A DNA stretch of 64,000 bases from Vermamoeba vermiformis (taxonomy: Eukaryota), in NCBI GenBank assembly GCA_045837725.1, contig JBEWZL010000056.1, positions 186,001 through 250,000 on the forward strand, given 5' to 3'. The notes under the pieces were generated by a model, which was given only the letters and a program-made list of their open reading frames with translations, did no database searches and was not told the DNA's origin. Position 1 is the first letter of the stretch. Every line of letters starts with the position of its first letter. This document shows positions 55,792-64,000 of the stretch, piece after piece. The position numbers were made by a program, and so were the translations under genes.

Positions 55792-58700
55792 ATGGACGCT
55801 AATCGTGCCGTACCAACGGTGGCACATCCAGTTTTACCTGGCTTGCCAGCGTTATTAAATCCACCAATGATGAATTTAAATCAAAATTCTCCTATTAATA
55901 TATTACGGCCTCAAATGCCACTACCAATACCAACACAATTCACCCCACCCACAGTGCTTCCTGGCCTCACAAATCCACTTGCCCCATCCACCAACGCTTT
56001 CCCTCAAATTCAACCCAGACCAGTCCCAGTTAATACCAATACAATTACTAGTGCTAGAGTAGCACCTAGTGCATCAACCACTATACCAGCTGAGGGTCCA
56101 GTCCCAGAACTGTCGTTTATGGAGTTACAAGAGGTTATGACGAAATTAAAAAAAGATCTGAGGACAAAAAAAGGTAATTAATAGGTCAATTATTTTTTTG
56201 CTATCATTATAGGCCTATTTAGAAATTATTAATTAATTATTTTAAAAAATTCTAGAATCCGAATTTCCCTAACTCCGAGCCCGTCTCCGAATTTTAATAT
56301 TTCATTTTGTAGGATTTGCTTCTGCTTGTACTCAAATAACACGCTTAATACCGAAATATCTGAATGGGTAAGTCTTGGTACGAGATCTGCTTAATTTTTT
56401 TAAAATCGACCATTGGTTATATAGCCTTAGCGAAACCATTGCCGGCCCATTTCTTAATTTTAGTTTATCACACGATTAATAACAATATAGAATAGTATAT
56501 AATCGCGTGACTTTGCAGACTAGATCTCACACGTATTGTATTTACTAATATTACTAAAATTAATGTCGCTTTATTTTTGCATTTATTAATTATTCACTCA
56601 GCGAATCAAAGCGCCTGTTCTATGATTCACTAAATATAGCCTCGTTCCGGCTGGGCAAACCTGGATTCTCAGTAGCAGCTGCAAAACCCATGTTTTTGGC
56701 TGCTTATGAACACAGACACCACCTAACACCTGGTACGTTATTAATATACCTTATTAATTAAGGAGACAATACAGGACCGACGAACAACGATTAGACAGAT
56801 CTAATAATAAATCTTATTAAAATTTCCTTTTTTGGATCTGTCATGGTGCTTCAAGATTCGCTGACTCGTTTATATCATATCATAATAAAATATGGTATTA
56901 ATGATCATAATTATAGGCTACAGGAAAAATGTTGAGGAATGGAAAGCGACGGTAGAAAAAATGGACGACAACGCTGTACGTATTATTAACGATTAAAAGT
57001 CACTAATAACGTTATAATATATTATTAAAAACATTATTATAATAATTTTATTTTTATTACAGACCGCGGCAGTGCCACAAACTACCGCGACAGCAGGTCG
57101 GTTTGGAAATGCACCCGTACGAAGGACACCCGCGCAGTAAGTCCAATTACTATTGCTTTATTTTTAGACCGGGACCTAATTACTAAATATGGTAATTGTA
57201 GTGGTCACTCGTCTCGCGGAGGACTGACGGGCATTTTGCAATCGTTGATGTCATCCATGCGTGATGAGGATTCAGACAGCGACAACAGTCACCACGGACA
57301 GTATTTGTGCACGTGTGGACGATATCACCCCGTAGATCACGCGTCATCTGATTCAGAGGACACAAGTATGGCATGTAAGTTCATTCTAGAAAATTTACGA
57401 AACCACATCCGATTCCAAATACAACAAATTATTTAATATTAGATACTAACAGTATTAATGTAGTGGTGAATGCATTCAATGGCCGGAGTCCGTTAGAATT
57501 ACTGTTTGGCAATCAATTGATGGGCCTACAGGGCGGCGGAGATAAAAAGACCGAGTCAATTCCGTTCACTGAATATCCGTACTGCGAATACGAATCAATT
57601 GTTTATGGACCATTCAAAGTATTCACACGCCAAGAGAATCAAATGCAATTGGCTTTTTCGCTGTCAACAGACGTTATGACCAAGTACGCAAGATCTGATT
57701 TCAGATATTACGAACAACGTTATTAATCATTACTATTGTTGTATTATAGAATAAGAACCAATCTCGGGTCATATCAACTGCGATTGTGTTGCAGTGACGA
57801 TGCCAGGCCCTATCAAAATATCCGCGCCCCTGCTGTCCTGCACTTTGCACTCAATTCTATGGACGTGAATATGAACTTTGTACGTACCTCTTCTATTGTT
57901 GCAATATACTAGGCAGGTACTAACTATTCATCATGATAGATTAACGGAGTCGATGAAATACTCGGCATAGATGTCACGTCAAGGTGCAGATCCGTGAACA
58001 ATTTGGTGATCACGAGATTTTCAAATTGGGGACTTTTCGTAAGTGTTAGTTATATGGTTAGTATTCTATATTAATATATACTAGGGCAATATGTCATTCA
58101 GCATTAAACTTGCAAAAGTCAATACAATTGACGCGCTAAAAGAAAGAATTGCAAAAGAGAAAATGCAGCCTTACAACGTCTGCTTTGACAAAGGTACGGA
58201 TTTTCAGCTTTATAATAACGAGTATATTAATAATCTCTTATTATTTTTTAGTATCAAAATCGTTCCAAGGTGATAATGACATCGTAGAAGTCAGCTTAAA
58301 ATTTTCGCTGCGGTGCCCGTTGAGTTTAATGCGCATTGAATTGCCTATTAAAGGCAAGGACTGCAAACACATTCAAGTAAGTATAAATCCTTATTATAAT
58401 AATGATCTACGTAAAATGATGGAGTAGTTGTTGGATGTGGCGCGGCAAAAAAATTCATCGGTATGACAGTTAGATTAATTATATTATTTGTATAGTGCTT
58501 CGACGCGAATTCGTATCTGCAAATTAACAAAAATCATCCAAAATTCGACTGTCCAGTGTGCAACAAGAAAGTTTCTTTCAGCTCGTTGATTGTGGATTCG
58601 TATTTCTTGAAGATTCTGGGAGAAGTACAGAGTCAGCCTGATGTTGATGAAGTGCTGATATTACCTGATGGCACGTATAATATAGTACCGCCTAAAGAGG

Positions 58701-59025
58701 AAAAGAGTTCAGATGAGGACAGTTACAGCGAATCCGTTGGCAGGAAAAGAAAAATCGATCAAGTCATTGGAAACGCCGCGCCAATCGAACCGAACAAACG
58801 ACAAAGTAAGTTTAATACTTTATTATATTATCAAAACTAGTTTTTGAAATTTTCGCGATCGGATCTGAAATTGAATTTTATTGCGTTTCGTAGTATTATA
58901 ATATAATATTATTATAGTATTGTTACTTTTCTTACATTAAAGATTTGATATGTCAAGAAGAATAAGACTTGAAACTAATTTGAATTCTCTTAGAAACGGC
59001 GCCAGATGTCATTGAACTCGATTAA
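55792..59025 (+). CDS. SP-RING (MIZ) zinc-finger SUMO E3 ligase, PIAS/SIZ-like
   Basis: [33 protein letters not shown], Pro-rich N-terminus, NLS-like RKRK, SIM-like C-terminal DVIELD*. Confidence 0.9.
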
Positions 59026-59224
59026 GGAGTTCAGGCTTATTAAATTGTGTTAATAGAACGCGGTTGTATATGTACATACCACATCGAATAAATACGACCG
59101 TAATGTAACTTTACCAAGCAAATCTGCGCTACTTTATCGAGATCTGTTATGGTCGATATAAATATAGACCGTAATTGTAAATGGTCCATATATATTTATA
59201 GCATCTTATATAAGCATAAAGGAA

Positions 59225-59260
59225 TTTTGTACCCCTTTTCCCATCCCAGTTCATTTTTTT
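59225..59260 (-). terminator. Candidate snRNA 3'-end/termination element downstream of U1
   Basis: AAAAAAATGAACTGGGATGGGAAAAGGGGTACAAAA, closely similar to the element after U4. Confidence 0.55.
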
Positions 59261-59271
59261 AAACTTTAGGA

Positions 59272-59434
59272 GGCGCAGACGTGCGCGAGCGCAACATCCG
59301 CACTAACAAAAATTGTGACAGGGACAACACCATACGGTGAAGCCCAACCGATGTCGCACTCCGAGTGCAAGAGGAGCGCAACGACCGACCTAGAGATGCC
59401 TTCTTGATCACATCTCTACTGTCTAGGTAAGTAT
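59272..59434 (-). ncRNA. U1: U1 snRNA
   Basis: 5' AUACUUACCU; helix H GACAG/CUGUC; SL1 UAGAGAUG..GAUCAAGAAG..CAUCUCUA; SL2 loop UUGCAC; Sm site AAUUUUUG; 3' stem-loop; about 163 nt. Confidence 0.97.
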
Positions 59435-59487
59435 GAACTATCAAGGTGTCGTTTTTGCTTTTTTGTGCTTGATCCGCGATAAAAGTG

Positions 59488-59495
59488 TTGTGGGA
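59488..59495 (-). promoter_or_regulatory. DUSE-type upstream element TCCCACAA for U1
   Basis: Matches WCCCAYAA at -61..-54 from the U1 start. Confidence 0.85.
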
Positions 59496-59720
59496 CTGGT
59501 TGCACGTTGCACAAAGGGTTTAGAAAAGTACGGACGCGTACTGACGAAGCAAGAAAAACCATCGTTTACCATAGCTAATGCTAAGAAAAATACCAACGTG
59601 CAATGCGATGATTGCGCTGTAAGGTTATTGTAATTTAATATTAAATAGCTATAAACGTTAATACGTTATGTATTATAGCACTCTAATATGAGGAAACCTA
59701 TTGTCATTTAATAAAACTAA

Positions 59721-59755
59721 TTTTTGTACCCCATCCCAACCCCGTCATTTTTTTT
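59721..59755 (-). terminator. Candidate snRNA 3'-end/termination element downstream of U4
   Basis: AAAAAAAATGACGGGGTTGGGATGGGGTACAAAAA. Confidence 0.55.
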
Positions 59756-59765
59756 GTTAATTAGA

Positions 59766-59907
59766 GGAACCCATTAATAGGGTGTTCCAGAAATTGGGCC
59801 ACGGCGGTGCCGAAGCCCACTGCTTAGGGAATGTAGTTTTCAACTAGCAATAACTTCGAATCTGCCGAAACATCATGTTCCGAAGTAACCGCCCCAAGCG
59901 CAAGGAT
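59766..59907 (-). ncRNA. U4: U4 snRNA
   Basis: 5' AUCCUUGCGCUUGGGGC; 5' stem-loop with k-turn AUGA..GA; conserved UUAUUGCUAGUUGAAAAC; Sm site AAUUUCUGG; 3' hairpin; about 142 nt. Confidence 0.95.
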
Positions 59908-59961
59908 GAAAAGAATAGAGCGTGATGGAACGGTATTTATGTTGTAGAATGGTGGAAATTG

Positions 59962-59969
59962 TTATGGGT
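59962..59969 (-). promoter_or_regulatory. DUSE-type upstream element ACCCATAA for U4
   Basis: Matches WCCCAYAA at -62..-55. Extended context CCAGACCCATAACA versus CCAGTCCCACAACA for U1. Confidence 0.85.
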
Positions 59970-60322
59970 CTGGCCAGGTTTGAAAAAGAAGCGAGTTTTT
60001 GAGAACGAATCCGCGATAAATAATAGAATCGGCACAGAAAATGCTAAAAATTCATTTTGTACGTATTTTATACCTAACACCACACGTCCATATGGCTCGA
60101 ATATTTATCACTCTCTTAGAATTGCTGTATTGTTTGTAACCGATCCTGTTTTGATCTGTCTTCAAAATTCATAGTTCTCGTGCAAACTACTTCTGCAGCG
60201 CTAAAATAATATGTACACTATATTGTAATGCTTATTTGATGTTATTAGCGATTCGATAAGGGTGTGTTGTTGAATTGTCTAATAAAATAATTATTCAAAT
60301 AATTTTCTTACAAACAACCACA

Positions 60323-60817
60323 ATGGGTCGTATGGGAGTGAAAAAAGTCCGTGCCGTTGAGGAATGGGCTTACTTCAGGTACAGTATTGTTATTATGGTC
60401 ATGGAGTTGATTTTATGATTTATTTGGAAGATCGAAGATATTTATTGGATGTCGACTGCTTGGTAGTTAATAATATTTAATAATTATAGGGAAAATACTG
60501 GTTTGTTCTGGAAGCCTAGTGGACGAACATTTGTTCATTTAGCTGTATTTTTGGGTATTGTGCCGTATCTGACTTACAAATGGGTCAAGGCTGACCAAGT
60601 AAGTGTAATTTTCATTTTTAAATTAAATATGCGTTTAATATTAATAATAATACGTAAATACGATTTTTTGATCGTAAAATAAAATATTAGAGCGAATTAT
60701 TAATTTTTCTGCATCAAGATCACGAAGTCCAACAAGCTTGGTTTCCCCACTAACCTTGTCGATGGTGAAATGAAAATCAAAATGCCCGACCAAGCTACTC
60801 CTCGCTATCCTCTATAA
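60323..60817 (+). CDS. NDUFB4: Complex I subunit NDUFB4 (B15)-like; 3 exons
   Basis: Spliced AVEEWAYFRENTGLFWKPSGRTFVHLAVFLGIVPYLTYKWV matches the plant/fungal B15 pattern E-x-W-x3-REN..F/W..TM. Confidence 0.75.
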
Positions 60818-61271
60818 AGCACTTGTACAAAATCTGGATCGGTTCGTTCAAAAACCTTTTCAAAAACAGAAATTTATATGTAATAAATTATATCATTCAT
60901 ATTGTTATTATTTTAGCAGATTTACAGTCTATAACGACGTAGAATCAATTTTACACGAGAGAATTCGGATCGCGCAGATCTGCCCAACTTTCACTACTTC
61001 TAACAATTATGATGTTAGTGATACCAATCGCGATTATATCAGAGACACTAGGTGTCGGCTAGATACTATCTTTAACAATAACAACGTTGCAGCTGCCGAT
61101 GTAAGGCCAGCACAATATGTGTTAGCACGTGCTTCGAAATTTCGGTCAAATTTTGTGAATTGGCCGAAAAAACTCTCTCGGAATAGCTTTACTGCCCTGC
61201 CTCCGCTCCACGGAGTCTATTTAACAGTTTACATTAACAGCTCAGTATAATGTATTATTCTACTAACAAAG

Positions 61272-61863
61272 ATGAAAAACGAGTTGCTGATCTTGAACGC
61301 TACTGCCCAGCTGGGCTTCGCCGTGTTGCTAGGATGGACCATGAGTCTATTTTATGCAGTTAGTGGTACTCAAGTACTCATTTTCAAGAGCAAAACGAAG
61401 TAAGTTTCAAGGGACCTTGGGATTTACTCGTGATCCACTAACCAACGATCGTTTCAGACTTACAAAAGCTCATATCGACTTTTTAATGATGGCTATACTA
61501 CAATACGCACTATCTGCCGCCTTAAACCCGTTGCCTAACTTAATCGTATTACCTTTTGTTATCAGTACGTTTCGTGCATTTAAAGCACCTCTCCGTCATC
61601 ACTAATCCATAATTAGGCTCATGGATAGGCCCTTCTATGTTTATAGTCTCCTCTGTGTCTATTGGTGCTGAACGACATCGTGTTTATCAAGCGTACGTAC
61701 AATAATTTATTACAATTAAATTATTACGGTACTTGAGCACGTCTTGTTGCCACATCAGTACTAATCGATATTTACAAATAGTATTAGCGTCGTTGGATTC
61801 ATTTTAATGACGTACTCCGTTTACCACCTGATCTGCTTCGTCTTCTTCGGTTTACAAAGCTGA
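61272..61863 (+). CDS. 4-TM membrane protein, StyC/HabAB-like; paralog 1 (4 exons)
   Basis: MKNELLILNATAQLGFAVLLGW..LTKAHIDFLMMAIL..SWIGPSMF..FILMTY. Confidence 0.7.
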
Positions 61864-62189
61864 CGTTGTACCTACGAGTGTAATATAATATGTATTATAT
61901 AATTACATATTGCATCTTAAGATAGATAGGCACTAATGACGTAGCCAATAAAATCCGCACACGCTTCAAAATCATTCTTCATTATTTATTGCCTCCGGCA
62001 GTTTAAGTTGTTACGGTCATCTAAATTTGGAAGATTTGCTGTAGAATCGGCAGCCAGTAATATTTTTGTATAGATATTCGTTGAAAATGAGCGGTACACG
62101 TGACTTTTCTGAGACGAAAAAAACTTAAGTTTTGTTAACTTCTTTATTTGTACTATTTGTAGCTCAGCCCACAACTCTTGCCATATACA

Positions 62190-62798
62190 ATGCGTGCGTT
62201 TTATATATTTTGGGGAATATTTTTGCTTGGTGCAACGAACGCGGCTTGGTTATCCACTAGATCTTGCAAAGGAGGCTATATTTGGGGGCCTGTGACTGTA
62301 GATAATGGCAACTGCGTGCCTGGATATTTCCCTGAAAACGACGATCGATTGCTAGTCTCTTGCAGCAAAGGCGAAATTCAAACTTTCAGATGCGTGGATT
62401 CTAATTGCCAGAACTGCCAAAAACTGCGCAATATTATCGCAGAGAATGGAGTATGCACCAACAGCACTACAGATCCTAATTATATTTACCATTGCTCAAA
62501 CAACCCGCTGGATTTCAGACAGATCGTCGGTTCGTACTACTACATGACCGAAGACTTCTTCGCATCCAATGCCACAAAATGCAGAAGCGATCCTTGGCGC
62601 ACCGTAGTTCGACCTGTTGGCGAGTGTTATGATGGCACTTACAATGATAACTACCAATCCATCATTTGCGAAAAATACACTGCGAGAATAATTATGTACA
62701 AAGATCCAGTGTGCCAGACCTACAGGAATGAGGAAGATCATTATTTGCATGAGTGCTCGTACGTGGACGACTACAAAAAATATTGGAATTGTTTTTAA
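62190..62798 (+). CDS. Secreted cysteine-rich protein with an internal two-fold repeat; intronless
   Basis: Signal peptide MRAFYIFWGIFLLGATNA. Repeated pattern G-x-C..S/I-C..D-x-x-CQ..C. Confidence 0.8.
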   Translation: MRAFYIFWGIFLLGATNAAWLSTRSCKGGYIWGPVTVDNGNCVPGYFPENDDRLLVSCSKGEIQTFRCVDSNCQNCQKLRNIIAENGVCTNSTTDPNYIYHCSNNPLDFRQIVGSYYYMTEDFFASNATKCRSDPWRTVVRPVGECYDGTYNDNYQSIICEKYTARIIMYKDPVCQTYRNEEDHYLHECSYVDDYKKYWNCF

Positions 62799-63189
62799 GA
62801 AGCCTTCGAAAGATCTCTGTCTAACCTCGATAATAAACGGACAGTGATATGTTATAATGATTTGTATATGCTTGTATTTTTGATTTATAAGGCAACGAAC
62901 AAAAATAACTTGCTTTATTCGTGGATTCGCCAACATTCTATTAGAGCGTCTTGAAGAGGGAAGGAACGGCCACAGGTTAAGTAAAACTTCGACCAAAAAG
63001 CTTCTAGTGCGTACAACATGAGTGCACGAATTCACAAGCCACGGCACCGCTTCGTAAGAATAATGGCTGCTCCGTTCCGCCTTGACGTGCGACAGTAAAG
63101 CATATAAAGTGATTTTTGGCGTCATTATTCTAGTTGTTATTGTTTGTTTAAATACTAACTACTTGCTACACACGAGTTATTAATTAATC

Positions 63190-63778
63190 ATGAAGAATCA
63201 GTTATTGATCTTGTCAGCCACTGCTCAATTAGGTCTATCCGTATTATTAGGATGGATTATGGGCATGTTCTTCGCATTCAATACGAACAAAGTGTTAATA
63301 TTCAAGAGTCAACACAAGTAAATCCGCTGACATCTAAAAGTCAACGTCAGATCTAACTCTCAATAATTAATTCAGGCTAACAAAGGCACACATTGACTAC
63401 CTCATGATGTCTATAATGCAATTCGCCGTTGCCGCGGCTGTAGACGAGATACCAGAGAAGCAGATCTGGCCGTTAGTAGTCGGTGCGTAAAATAATTTAA
63501 AATATTATTTAAAAATCCAGCAATAATACTTTTCGTCTGTAGGTGCGTGGACCAATCCATTTTTGTTCATTATTTCATCCGTTATGCCCAGTGTAGATAA
63601 AGTTCGCTGGTATCAAAGGTAAAGTAAAATTTAACTTGGCCTATTCAAGTCATATTTGCCTATTAAACGCATATTAGTTTGTTAAATATTTATTCACAAC
63701 AGCTTGAGCACTGCTAGCTTCATTCTTATGACTTACGGAGTTTACAACTTGATCTCTTTTGTTTACAACTCAAAATGA
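63190..63778 (+). CDS. 4-TM membrane protein, StyC/HabAB-like; paralog 2 (4 exons)
   Basis: MKNQLLILSATAQLGLSVLLGW..LTKAHIDYLMMSIM..GAWTNPFLF..FILMTY. Intron positions are equivalent to paralog 1. Confidence 0.7.
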
Positions 63779-64000
63779 ACCTGCACGTCAAACAACCATG
63801 TAATAAATATATTATGCAATAAAATTGCTATATTGTTATCATTTTATGGTACGGGTTCAATAGTTTTTCTCGTGTTTATTTGAAAATTCATTGAGAAAAG
63901 TTTTTGCGATCGAACTACAACAAGCAAGCCGAATGTTGTAAATATATGTACACTATCATATTAGAAACTCCTGAAGCGAATCAATTCGAACCTTGGACTC

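Noticed and set aside
59259-59444. 61-aa minus-strand ORF
   Set aside because: It coincides with the U1 snRNA gene.
59225-59755. G-quadruplex interpretation of the snRNA 3' elements
   Set aside because: Each has only three tracts of three or more G, so the canonical four-tract pattern is not met.
62496-63125. 209-aa minus-strand ORF
   Set aside because: Half of it is antisense to the secreted Cys-rich gene, and it has no recognisable motifs.

Overview
Gene-dense, AT-rich, intron-rich eukaryotic DNA with short GT-AG introns and intergenic gaps often 90-500 bp. An amoebozoan origin is inferred from the gene content and DUSE-type snRNA promoters. Splicing exons by hand gives about 27 protein-coding genes plus a tandem U1 and U4 snRNA pair on the minus strand, which the ORF track misses. 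Recognisable genes: peroxisomal ABCD (partial), TIPIN/Swi3, ABHD11-like hydrolase, ABCC transporter, VOC/glyoxalase, TMEM135, RluA/RluD, Tom5/Tom6-like, PHB depolymerase, UPF0658, histidine phosphatase, RasGAP, DUF1264/OBAP, SP-RING E3 and NDUFB4. The most unusual items are: (1) one spliced reading frame joining TPR repeats, a Ser/Thr kinase, an F-box and an atypical Ras GTPase ending in CaaX; (2) an F-box fused to an importin-5-like HEAT body; (3) the U1/U4 pair sharing a DUSE promoter and a G-rich 3' element I do not recognise; (4) two StyC/HabAB-like membrane paralogs; (5) a head-to-head pair of diverged secreted paralogs. All gene models are manual inferences without RNA evidence or database searches. 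Family assignments come from remembered motifs.
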